The notes beneath the pieces are model-generated. The model had not been told where the DNA came from. It made no database searches and was given only the letters and a program-made list of their open reading frames with translations. Both the position numbers and the translations under genes were made by a program. From Octopus vulgaris (lineage: Eukaryota), in the NCBI GenBank assembly GCA_951406725.2, contig OX597817.1:106454001-106518000 (forward strand): DNA of 64,000 bases. The letters are read 5' to 3'. Positions 1 through 12,800 of this stretch are shown here, piece after piece; the stretch's first letter is position 1, and every line of letters begins with the position of its first letter.

Positions 1-977
1 GAGTAATTGTGTTAAGCCCCTTCGTAAATTTAGTCCTATACTTGATTCCAGTACTTTGTTCTGAGAAATATTTAACCAAGTTGAAGTGCTTAGTATTCCT
101 CTTTCTATAAAAGTGTTAGGTCCCATGATCAGGAGCTGCCTACAGTCAGTGTTGTATTTGCATGTTTTGGCTGTTTTGTATCCGCATGTTCTGAAAGAAG
201 GGATGTGCTGACGCTAATCTTGGAAATTGAGCAGAAGCTGTCGTCTTTATTGGTATTTTCAACAGCTGCTTCCTTTCAACCAGAATCAGCCGTGAATCAA
301 GTGTAAAGCGAGGAGGGTGGGAACAAGACTAGAATGTTAAGAGCATCACTTTCCATTACTCGTTGAGCAAAAGCTGTCAATGTTGTTCTCTTAAGAACGT
401 GACAATAGAAATGATGCATGTTCTCATCGTAGTAAAATAAGATAGCTTTTTTATTAAGTGAATTGTTAGGCATTACAAACATGGCAATAGCCGTATTTAA
501 AAATCTAACAATTAATTGTTGAGTTCTATCAGTGCTTTGTGGCTATGAGTTTTTTAAGAAAGACATCACGTTAAAAACGACTTGTTGCTGCCTATCAGTC
601 CAAAATTCACATTAACGCGTACAAACACGTTACAGTGAAAATTGCCAACATCTAGTCAAAACATATCACTACCCTACTTGATTTTATTTTTTTTCTAGAA
701 ATATAGTTTAAAATTAACCTCTTTCGTTAAACGCATGTAGTTCACTTCAAATGTCAGAATTATAATTTCGCAATGGGTGACGTTAGTTGGAAATAGGTTG
801 TTCTTACCACAGTAACAAATGTTTGTTTCAGTCAAAGATGCCTTTATATGTATATATAATAGAGCCTCTTATGTAGTCTTGTTAAAACACGCAAGTGCCC
901 ACACACATAAATATACAGACCTCCATATATACATTCATGTACGCGTGCACAGAGAGATATACGAAACGTACTCATGC

Positions 978-1032
<55 letters not shown>

Positions 1033-1128
1033 TATATACATATATATATACATATATATATATACATATATACACACATGTATGTATGTATGTATGTATG
1101 TATGTATGTATGTATGTATGTATGTATA

Positions 1129-1500
1129 GGCGCAGGAGTGGCTGTGTGGTAAGTAGCTTGCTTACCATCAACATGTTCAAACCCCTACGTGGCACCTTGA
1201 GCAAGTGTCTTCTACTATAGCCTCGAGCCGACCAAAGCCTTGTGAGTGGATTTGGTAGATGGAAACTGATAGAAGCCCGTCGTTTGTGTGTGTTTGTGTG
1301 TCTGTGTTTCCCCCACCATCGCTTGACAACCGATGCTGGTGTGTTTACGTCCCCGTAACTTAGCAGTTCGGCAAAAAGAGACCGATAGAATAAGTACTAG
1401 GTTTACAAAGAATAAGCCCTGGGGCTGGTTTGTTCGACTAAAGGCGGTGCTCCAGCATGGCCACAATCAAATGACTGGAGCAAATAAAAGAATAAAAGAA
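1129..1500 (+). mobile_element. tRNA-derived SINE family A, full-length copy
   Basis: A-box-like GTGGCTGTGTGGTAAG, a CORE-like ACCTTG(G/A)GCAAGT segment, an internal TG microsatellite and an AATAAAAG tail. Homologous copies occur throughout the window. Confidence 0.85.
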
Positions 1501-1503
1501 TAT

Positions 1504-1547
<44 letters not shown>

Positions 1548-1631
1548 GTGTGTGTGTTTGTATGTATACATTGCATATGTATATATATATATATGAATAA
1601 AAGAATGCATACATATGTGTGTGTATGTGTG

Positions 1632-1705
<74 letters not shown>

Positions 1706-2439
1706 CAAGCAAGCAAGCTTACATTGTTGCTTACTTGCTTACTTGGCTATGGTGCATACAAATAGAACGGAGAAAAGTGAGAGGGGAGAGAGAGAGAGAA
1801 CATCCATAAATACATCTATTAATTCTTTATGTTCATACATGCTTTCATTATGTGTTTGTGAATGTGTAGGTTGAGTACATACAAATTACACCAAGTAATT
1901 TGTTCCAGCAGTAAACAGTCGATTGACTCGTACTGTATTTTATTGGGACATGTTGATGTTAGAAGGAAATAAGACTTTGATGGCTTTGATCAGGTTTGCG
2001 AAAGAAGGATACCATTGACCAAACAACGAACATGTATTGATCGTAATTTCATTAAATTCAATCTATATTCTTAAATTGTAGATCCACAGTTTCAGAATGA
2101 CACTCCTGAATATCATTCTCAGCTGACAGTCTTGCATGGAATTTGCTTTTGGTTAAACGCAATACTTAAAACTCTTGTTTCAACTATAATTAGATACGAA
2201 AAGCAAGTGAGGCTCATATCTACTTATAGACGTTTTAGTACGCAGCTAAGAGTTACTATAAAATACTAGAATTTCGTTTCATTTGTGTGCAGAATTCGAC
2301 AAATTCATCTTCCAGGTTGTCTGAAACTGATCATTGATTAATTGGAAAGGGATTTTAAATAAATTGATTGCACAATTCACTAATATCGAGGAAGAAGAAT
2401 CTAACCGATTACAACGGGACATTACGCTTCTAAGCTAAC

Positions 2440-4920
2440 AACTGACGTCATTTATTTTCTCTGCTTGCAGCAGTATAATGCTTTCTGACGACTCACCTTT
2501 TGCCGACGAAATTTATAACATCTGTGATTGGAGTAAAAGAGTTCCATTTAATGTTTAAAATGCGATGAAGGCATTTTTGGTGGAGTTGTTCTAACAGTTT
2601 AAAATGTCTTTCATAACACGTATATTTTCACAAGAATACAACAGGGATCATAAGACAAATGATTTGTAAAGAGCCAATTTTGTATTGATATTTATATGTC
2701 GCTGGCGCCAAACGCGCGACTCCAAGTTACCAAATACTTTTGCTGCCCTTTGAATTCGCAGATGTATTTCTGTATCAAGATTTCCATCATTTTGTACAGA
2801 GCTACAAGGTAGATTAACTAATCGACAACCTCAAGTAACTTACTCTTAGCAAAAATTTTTGGTGGGTTACAAACACCACACGCAGGTTGATGCATTACAA
2901 CTTTTTTTTTCAAGTTGATGGTCAAGCCAAAATCATCACAAGCTAAGTCAACTGCAGATACAAGAGATCGCAGAAGTGTTTCAGAATGACTGACAAGATC
3001 GCAATCGTCAGCGTACAGAAGTTCCCTAATGAGTGAAATAAAATATTTCGTTTTGAATTTCAGTCTGGTCAGATTAAAAACATTCCCTGTTGTTCGATAT
3101 TTTATGTAAATACCTTCCTCATAATTTTGAAAAGCGTGTGATAACACAACAGCAAAGTATATTGCAAAGAGGATGTGTGCATCAAAGTCTCCTTGCTTTA
3201 CTCCATTTTCCACGGCAAAAGATTCAGAGAGCTTACCACCAAAATTAACTCTAGCTTTTATATCTTGATGCAAAGCCCTGATCATGTTTACAAATTTTTC
3301 TGGGCAACCTATTTTCCTTAGAATTAGCTACAGACCATTTCGATTAACAGTATCGAATGTTTTGCTCTAATAAACAAAGCAATGGTATAGGGCAAGATTC
3401 TGTTCTTGTAATTGTCTGATAGTAAAGATACAATCAGCTGTGCCCCTGAAGGAACGAAAACCACACTGAGACTCAGATACTATATTTGGAACTATGAAGA
3501 TATTTAATCGTTCTACTGCAAACAAAAACGAAATTCCACGAAAATTACTACAGATCCTTTGGCCCCGATTTATACAAGGAGACAAAAATGGCATTAATCA
3601 AGTCTTGAGGCACTTTCTCAATTCTTCAACAGTGACAAATTAATAGTTTTAAAAGTTCAAACATTTTGTCACACACCCACCTCCCCATTTCAAGACATAT
3701 GCACAGATTCCATCAGACCCTGGAGATTTATTGTTATTCAGCTTATTCACAGCTAAATAATGTCATTTTGAGTTGGTTCAAATGCCATATCTTCTATAAC
3801 TGGAAAGTGTTCGATTTTTTCTATCATCTACATGTCGGCGTATGATGGTCTATTCAAAAGTGTACAAAAATGTTTTACCCAACGCTTATGAATAGAAGCG
3901 GTGTCAGTCAGAAGAAAAAGTCCATTTGCTGTTCTCACTGGAGCCATTGAAGAAGATTTGGGGACATATACCTCCTTAATATAAGACTACAAACCGTTGG
4001 CATTACTTCTATCAGCTGATTCTTGTGTCTCTTTTGCTCTATCATTCCACCATTCCTGTGCCTCTTTTGCTCTATCATTCCACCATTCCTGTTTAATTTT
4101 CCTTAGAGCAGTCTGCACTTTCCCTTTCAGCTTTCTGTAAGGTTCGTTTGAGTTGGGGTTCAAGGACTGAGAAAGAAGTGTATTGCCTAAGTTTTGTTTT
4201 TCTAAAAGTAGATCATAAATTTCTGTTGAGAACCAGTTACTGGACTTACGTGATTTAAATCCCACTGACTAACTTGCAGCCTGAAATACTTTTGTTTTGA
4301 AATCTTCCCATAGATTGTTTGGGCCAAGATTGATACTTTCTATAGCATCGTGGAATCTTTGCAAGTTGCTTGATAATTTAAAGTTTGCAAATTTTAACTT
4401 TTTTTGGTACCTTAGGACCAGACTGTCGATTTCTAGGCGTTATCGAAAAATTTATTTTTCCACGCACTAGACGATCGTCAGTCCCGCTCTCTGCTCATCT
4501 CATGGCCTGAACGCTAGAAACGTCTTTCATATCACGTTTTCCGATCAAAATATTATCTATGAGACGCCAGTGCTTAGATCATTGGTGGATCCAGGTGGTT
4601 TTATATTTATTTTTCTGCAGATTATTCTCAATGCAAAACGTCAAAAGAGCTACTCTTTTTTTATTACATTTTCCAATCTCATGTTGACCTAAAATAGACC
4701 ATGAAACGTAGTCTTTTCCAACTCTAGCGTTGAAATATTCCACTTTGACCAGCTGGTCAGAAATTGATACTTTCCTCAATAATTGTGCTAGATCATCATA
4801 AAACTGTCCTGCAGTTTCATCAGATGGAACATTGTTGGCGCATAAATACTGACAACGGTAAGAAACCTACCTCTTGTCAGTTTAATACGGCATGACATGG
4901 TTCCTGCAGTTACTAATAGG
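2440..4920 (-). mobile_element. Decayed RTE-clade (BovB-like) LINE, endonuclease plus reverse transcriptase
   Basis: Collinear ORF fragments: VSIYAP and NARVG (APE), SQCGFR..RGTADCIFTIRQLQE, GVKQGD and LLYADD (RT). Many stops and frameshifts. Confidence 0.88.
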
Positions 4921-5961
4921 TACAGTAAATTTTTCTTTTAGAAGAGGGCATAAGAAGAATAGGAGAAAGACTTAGAGTGTGAGAGGAATACAATTTAGTA
5001 AAATGGATTAGGTATAGGAAAGGGAAATATGTCATAGACTTCAAGTGTTGCCTTCCAAGTGGTGGAAAGGTATGTATAGTCGTTCTAAGGATGCATTCTT
5101 TTACGGAAATATATATACATATATACTAGTGGAACCAAATTTTATATATGATTCATTGTATGATTTTGTTTTGTTTTTTTTTTTCCTTTTTAGCCACGGG
5201 AAGCTATAAGTAACCACGATGAAAATGTAAATATTTTAGAAATTAGTTGATTGAATAAATGAGTAGGTTTCAATCGACTACATTTTCAGTTAAATTATAT
5301 GTAAATAGACGATCAAAAGCAATTTTCAAAAACAAAAAGGAAGCGGTCAACAAGGGAGGTAGCTATGAATCAATGAAGTTACTATACAAGGTATAGTGAT
5401 GATGCTTGCCAAATGAATGCCAGATTTACAAAATACACGAGTTGCGTTCAGCTGGTTGACTGCGATAGCTTCAAGATTCCAATATATTTATAAATTTCAC
5501 ATACTCTGGTAATTTCCTTTGCGTATCCCTAGGGGTCCACGTATCCTGGCTTAAGAACTCTCTCTCGAAACAATATTAGGATCTCTTTTAAGAGTACAAC
5601 TTATATTAAGAATTCATCTATTAAGAAAACTGAAGAGAATACAAAGCAAGGAAAGACATTTAACATTTGAATTTTATTTGAGAACAAAGCACGTATAAAA
5701 CAGACTATCTGAACTTGCCAACGGAACGGTCTCTGTGTAGTCGTTCGACCAGCTAGAAACAGCAACCAGGCCTGTTAGAAAAATGTAATCAACGAGGCTT
5801 TTCTTCACAAAATTCGACATAAAATAAAATGTAAATAAATAAAGCCCCTTTCAAATCACATCCTACGATCTTCAATGTGATTCTGAATTCACATGTCTGA
5901 TGTGACGATTGCATCTGAAATGCATTTGATAACATGCTAAACCGCAACAGACCACCTAAAG

Positions 5962-6212
5962 CAGTGGTTTTCAACTGGGGTCCATATGACCCTTGGGGGT
6001 CTACGTAAGGTTTTGTTGTTAAAATTTATTGGTTATACTTCTACAATACACAAAATATTCTAGCAATTTATTTAATACAATTCCTAATAATATTTAATTA
6101 CAAAAATGCAATAGGATTTTTAAAAAAAACACTGAATGGCTATGAGGGTCCAGTTAGAGAAAAAGAGGAACCAAAGGAGTCCACATGGGCAAAAAATGGT
6201 TGAGAACCGCTG
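5962..6212. mobile_element. hAT/Charlie-type MITE
   Basis: TIRs CAGTGGTTTTCAAC ... GTTGAGAACCGCTG, with degenerate 8-bp flanks acctaaag / atctagat resembling the Charlie NTCTAGAN target. Confidence 0.7.
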
Positions 6213-7033
6213 ATCTAGATAATAGGAGATCACCCAAAACGAAAGTTTAATAGAACAGTAAATAAGATAATATCCAACTGAAAATATTAGGCTGAATACA
6301 GAAAATTATTATAACTAAAATTATTTCGTTTATTAGTGATTTTGTTAATGACTGATCTTCTGAATCAGCTGCTTCTTCATCTCTGAATGAGTTAACAATC
6401 AGTAGTTTATTTTCTTGGCAACGGTCTCATCAAACATCTTCAAGTTTTTCAACAAAAGAATTCATTATCCGTTTGTATAATGACCAAACTCCCCCTCCTT
6501 TAAGTATAATCATACAAGTCAATCTACAAGGTTGATCGAGTTGCCAGTACCAAAAGCCGAATCACACCTTGTTTTTTTTTTTAAGAAGGTCACTTTGATA
6601 ATGTTATCCTAGATACCTCTAAATCGATAGGATATTCACGGCTGGGAAATCTTTGATTATATGATAGATCTGCTTGAAGAATTATGCGATGTATATAAAT
6701 GATAGCATTGTAATAATTAAGATGACACTTTTATCTATGCTTCTTCTCTCCCTTTCTCCTTCATTACAAACAACTCCTTTCTCTTTCTCTGGAACATCAG
6801 TGAAAGTTTGATCTAAGTTTGTCACTGTCAAAGCAGATAATAACAATGTGAGTGGATTCTCCGTCTGTTTCGACAATAAGCATTCAGTTGTTCGACCAAC
6901 TGAATTACTTTTCGTGAAATTAACATGTAATCCGCAGACATATGGACCCATAACATAATTCTCAGATTGAATCGGCGTAATACCGTGTAATACAGCTGAA
7001 CTTTGAATTACAGGAACGCTCCAGTGAGATAGG

Positions 7034-7135
<102 letters not shown>

Positions 7136-7444
7136 CCACGACAGGACTCATACAAACATGTTGGAAGTCAACTCATGACTGAATGAGACCACTCCTTAGA
7201 TACAGAAGGTCCTTGCAAACGTGCTCAGAGTTCAACAAGTTCCTGTGCGTGAATTTGCTTTAAGTGAATAAATTGTTGCACAGTACTAGACCCACTTTTC
7301 AGAGCAATCAGCAGAATAAAATAAATTGCGATGATCAGAAAGCAACTGCAATTTAAGTTTTTGTGCGAGTTTACCTTTCCCTATAAGGAAATTCTAACGA
7401 GAACTAGGGATCCTTTACTTTCAATGGTTCACATGCTAGTTAAC

Positions 7445-7590
7445 CCATACCTGGGAACCTAACAGGTGCTACTACTCCAGGTCAGAGTAGACTGGGGACA
7501 ATAGTGGCTAATAAGTGTTTCCACACTCCTCAAAACGCTGAAACACCTGTACCAGGACCTCATTACCGGATGCAGTTTAAAATCGTACTC
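7445..7590 (+). repeat. Interspersed repeat family D
   Basis: CAGGTGCTACTACTCCAGGTCAGA...GGATGCAGTTTA matches the reverse complement of 34490-34640. Confidence 0.65.
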
Positions 7591-7615
7591 TAATCATATA
7601 TACATACATGTATAA

Positions 7616-7651
<36 letters not shown>

Positions 7652-7663
7652 GCACGCACGCAC

Positions 7664-7735
<72 letters not shown>

Positions 7736-8473
7736 AATATGCAAGGCTTTTCTGAAATTCAAAATGTGAATTTGTTTTCGATATCAACATTCCAACGATG
7801 AAGCTTTGAATTTTACTAAAAACCAATTCCTTCCTTACAGGAAGATTTCAAAGAATTAAAAATAGGAGAGAACATTCGCATATACACACGTCATATTATG
7901 CGATAAATTTTCTTTTCAAAACCTAGTACATCTCACTAAATTATATTTAGTAACATAAGATTTTTAAAAAGATTTTTTTAAAGGTCATTGATTAAGAAAA
8001 TTTAATTGATGCGAAAGTTAACATTTTCTTTGATAAGTGACTTATTTAAGATATGGTGGCTAGCCTTTAGTTAAAAAATGAATGAACCACAATAAAACAA
8101 AAATTATGTATTTATGGTTAGAAAATTTTATCAAGGCTAGAAGAGAGGATTTGTCGTATAGTAAAGCGCCAGAAATAAGCTATTCCAAATTTAGATAAAA
8201 GTTCTGTCTACACAAAAGAGTTGTTAAAAACGTCAGAACTGTAGGATGGAATTTTTATACAAAAGCGGAAGCTAAAATTGAGGACAAGTGTTTCCTGTTT
8301 ACACGACTAACAATAATTGGGGGCGTCAGTTAACTTGACTAATTCAACCACATGCGGTGAGTTGTTTGAAATTTATTAAAATCTTTTATGCACTTTCAAA
8401 GGACTCCATTTTTGATTGGTAAACAATTACCTTTCATTATCATTTTACCCACCAGCATGTATATCACCTATAA

Positions 8474-8691
8474 TTCTTTAGCATTCAGGTTACTCTGTCA
8501 AAGGCATAAAGCTTATTCATTTACACTGTTTTGAATTAATCATGCATTATCTAGTAGCTTCGAGATTTCGATTGCGTGATTGTTTATTTGTAGAATGATA
8601 TTGTAAGGTATGTGCGAGAAACTGGATCTGGGTTTGAATATAAAACAGGTGGAATATCAGAGCCAATTTGACCGGTTTAAAGGCTAAAGGG
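8474..8691. mobile_element. Probable piggyBac-type MITE
   Basis: Degenerate TIRs (taa)TTCTTTAGC ... GCTAAAGGG(ata), consistent with decayed TTAA-CCCTTTAGC ends. Confidence 0.45.
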
Positions 8692-8961
8692 ATACAAAGA
8701 ACAAAACTTGAAGTACTTGATGCCATACGCAGTAGTATTCAGTGCTTCAGTAATATTGCTTAATATTTAAGTATCAATGAGATACTATTAGGAGATTATC
8801 GCTAAGGCGTTATTTCTGCAATATTTCTGATATCCATACATAATATGTACGTGTAGAGAGTGAATACCCAGGAGAGGCTGAAGGCATTAATAAAGTAATA
8901 TGTCTTGAAATGGCCTTATCACAAAAATAAAAATATTTTATTGACAAAAAATCTGTTTTGT

Positions 8962-9009
<48 letters not shown>

Positions 9010-9041
9010 GCGTGCGCGCGCGCGTATAGATATATAGATAG

Positions 9042-9072
<31 letters not shown>

Positions 9073-10523
9073 GATAGGTAGATATACATGCATATATTCA
9101 TATGTATATGTATACATACATACATACATACATACATACATACATACATACATACATAAATACATACATACATACATACGTAGTACATACACGGATACGT
9201 ATGTACGTACACTCATACTTGACGGAACAGTCAAGGGGTATCATAGAGATATCAAAGAAATAAACAGGAGTAAATCCATTCCAAAAAAAAAGTTACCAGC
9301 ATTCAGAATTAAGAAGAAAAATATATTCAGCATCGAGAATTGAGAAGAACAAAAATCTTTAATCTACGGTAGGTTGTTGGTTATGTTGGAACACTTATGA
9401 AAATGAAAACGTAATTAAATCCACTGATCTCCAAGTGAAAAAGAAAGAGAGGTTATAAAAGTTTTTTTTTTAAACCGTTTATAGAAACTCTTAAATGTTA
9501 GTTAATAATTACCAAACAAAAGTTAAAGATTATTAGTGGGAAACTTCGTCACAGGAGAAGTGACCATATAAAAAAGATAATAATAATCAAGAGGAAACTG
9601 GACTTCAACGATTGAAGATTATATAAGAAGCACTGACACAGCGTAGGTTTTGACCGTCCTGTACTGTTGACAAATTGGCCGCCTCACCTCTTCCTTAAGC
9701 GCAACAACTACAGCGGACACACTTATGCAAAGTAGCCACCCCATACAGTCCGCATATCCCGCATGTTCTACGCTACATCACTGATACGAAAATGGGAGAA
9801 CAATCAAGTTAAGACGTGGAACAAGCTTCTCCAATAGTGATTATGTCTAGAGGAAGTCTTAACAAAAAGAAAGTTCAATATTTGGTTTGGCTTGGTCTTA
9901 AGTTCTCAACTCCTGGTGGAATCATATATCGTGAATATGGCGTGTCTTGGTATTTTTCAACCTCTGCTGGAACCCATCCTTTACCAGATCTATCTCAGCC
10001 GATTTATTCCAGAAAGAGGCACAGACAGATAGACAGAAAGAGAAGAATCTGCACCAGTACAGGACTCATACTTTCTTTATCGACCCTGAAAAGATGAAAG
10101 GTACAATTGGTCTCGGCAGTATTTGAACTCAGAGCGGAGTGGGCCAGAACGAATACCACAGTTAGGCAATCTATCCGACGCTCTAACGATTCGACCAATT
10201 TGCCACCATGCAATACTTTCCTAACTTTATATAGGAGTTGTGATGAGAACAATGTTGGAATCACAGAATAAGAACGTACAAGACAGATTTAATGCTAGTT
10301 TATGAATTAACGTTTTATCATAAGCGACTTCTTAGTGTGTACCAACAATTGGGAAATTGATATGTTAATTGGCACTAGAAGAGACAAATCTAATAGCATT
10401 GAACAAGGTCATTAATTTGTCTAAAAGCTACCGAACAATTTGAGAAGCAGAGTCTAATGTACAAACTATGTAATATTTGTTTAAACTTGTTAATATAAGA
10501 CCACTGCGAATTCGATAATCAAA

Positions 10524-10650
10524 CTAGAAAAGCACTCGGAGAGCGCAGACCTCTGCCAAGCAGCTCATTTCCACCAATATACACGCATGCTGAAAATCGC
10601 CCAATTTCCCAAACCAACGCCGGCAATAACATAACCTCCTTGGCGGGGTT
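10524..10650 (-). mobile_element. Helentron-associated (HINE/DINE-like) non-autonomous element
   Basis: Subterminal inverted repeats ACCTCTGCCAAG / CTTGGCGGGGT. On the minus strand a 3' hairpin GCGCTC-TCC-GAGTGC is followed by TTTTCTAG, with T-rich flanks. A partial second copy lies at about 10827-10856. Confidence 0.6.
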
Positions 10651-11547
10651 AAAAAAAATAACACAGCCATATGATTCTTTAAAAAAAAAACTTTAAAAAC
10701 AGCAACCATCTGAAGCAGTTTTAATACATCAATGACAACAGAAAGCTAGTTTCACAGCAGCGGTGAAGGGAGCAAAGCCTGAGATTTTTGAGTCAATCCC
10801 AATAGTCAAGGCTTGTCATGTCATCCTCCGCAGATCTCCGCCAAGCAGCTCATTTTAAGATAGATACGCGAGTAAAATTACTAATAGAGAAACGAAAATA
10901 AACTTTGGAAACAGCAACGCCACCATAGGTTTCTTTTAGAAAGATAAATTCGTATACGAAATTTGTGTTCTACTCAGAGAATATTCAGTCAAAATATCAG
11001 TGTAACATTAGCTTTTTAAAAAATATTAGCTGATATGGATAGATCCCATCTGACCAAAAGCATATAAAGAGATATCTATATTAACGAAAGCGAAATTTTA
11101 TCTTTCCGCCTGGGACTCCAGTATTTCAGTCTACATTTGCTCTACATAGACATGTACCTTTTGGGAATCTGGATGACCCCGGGATTGAAAATCTGCCCTT
11201 CATTTTGTTCTTGAACATCCAACATTGGGATCTAATTTAAAAGCATTTGGATTGCTATTTCTAGCAGGTAAAAATTGGCCGATTTACGCCATCTTAGTTG
11301 GCGATTGTCACATGACATCAGAGATGAAGGGGAGATAAATGACATCCGCTTTGTTAGTTTTACGTCGAGATAAGAACTTTGGGACAAATTAGCCAACAGT
11401 TAGAATTCAATTTGAGACTGGAACACTAGAATGGTTGCATTACAAAAATTAATTCCCATCCTTCCTTAACCGCTGATCAAACACCACCGGGGTATTGTGT
11501 CATTAATGACGTATTATAATCATTCTATATAGCTCTGTTTAGATTTG

Positions 11548-11619
11548 GGCCGCAGGCCTAATTAGCCCTCCGCAGGAGCTAGCTTAAAAGTCCGCACAGA
11601 GTGCGGCTTTTAAGCTAGT
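11548..11619 (+). mobile_element. Helitron-like 3' terminus
   Basis: Hairpin CCGCAC-AGA-GTGCGG followed by CTAG|T, embedded in a 40-bp palindrome (11579-11618). Confidence 0.5.
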
Positions 11620-12152
11620 ATTAAATATACTGCGCTCGGCCCGTATAACGATATTTCTTCAAAACTACATTGAAACAAGCAAGAAATACAGCTAGCAAAA
11701 CGCAATTGGACAAAATCAAAGAAACCTCAAAAGTGACTAATAATCCTTAGTGAAAGAAAGTAGTTTGCAAGGAAACAAAGCAACACCAAATAAATCCCCA
11801 CTTGTGACCCATATTCATATTCGCCTATGCTTGTATAAATTATTTTAGCAAACCTGTGGAGTGTTTAGGCTACACATTTTGTTTATAATAACCAATGTCA
11901 AAATAAACTTCACTGGACTGAACTGTAAGGAGGAAAACAAATGTACATTTCGATCTATCACAATATTCTGTCAGGATATGAGAATGGAATTCGGTCAGTA
12001 TTTTTACTTATTTATTTGTATTTGGTTGTTTAATAAGGCGAAATCAGGATTCAAGTAACGAATTAATGTGCAATACACTTGTATGTATGTATGTATGTAT
12101 GTATGTATGTATGTATGTATGTATGTATGTATGTATATATATATTTGTATAT

Positions 12153-12800
12153 GTCAGGTCACTTTCGAGTGCTACTGGTAACATGTAACCCAGTACAACC
12201 TGTTACATGGTCGGGTTGTCGGCGTCTAAACCGGCAACCCCACCAAGCTTGCTTGGTGAGGAGCGTGTTAATTGGACACCCTGCGGGATGAAAAACAAAA
12301 CCCGTCAAAGGGCGGAGGAACTCTTGAGAGTCAACGGCCATCCAATAAATGTGTATTTTTTTTTAACGCTTAAGACTGTATCATGCGCGGGAACATAGAA
12401 ATAATCGGACTGAATACCCGATCGCGCGGTTAAACCATTGGGAGTGAAGGGGCATCCTTCTAGAAGAAGGTAACTCAGATGACTGGAATAACTCCGACGT
12501 AAAACCTGCGATTCAGTAGTTACCGATGATGTTGACTTGTTCTTCTTTTCGGATTATGGCTGCTGTTGCTTAGTGAGTGGGATTGACTCAGTGCACAGCC
12601 TTTCCTCACTTGAAAAAAAAATTTCTTGCACAGGCATTGCACGATAGCAACATTGTTCATGATTGTTGATAGTAGTGTGAGTCTCAACTGAATAGCTGGC
12701 TGTAGTCTTAACAAGCAAATAAAAGTCACATTTGATCATAGCACCAATAACAGTTAAGTTTCGTGCAATGACCATACTCGATAACGAGGGGGCAGCCATC
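12153..12800 (+). mobile_element. GC-richer interspersed element inserted in (ATGT)n, RTE 5' UTR-like
   Basis: Flanked on both sides by ATGT microsatellite, with a strongly structured 5' part. The motif TCTAGAAGAAGGTAACTC resembles RTE leader sequences (recalled, unverified). Confidence 0.45.
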
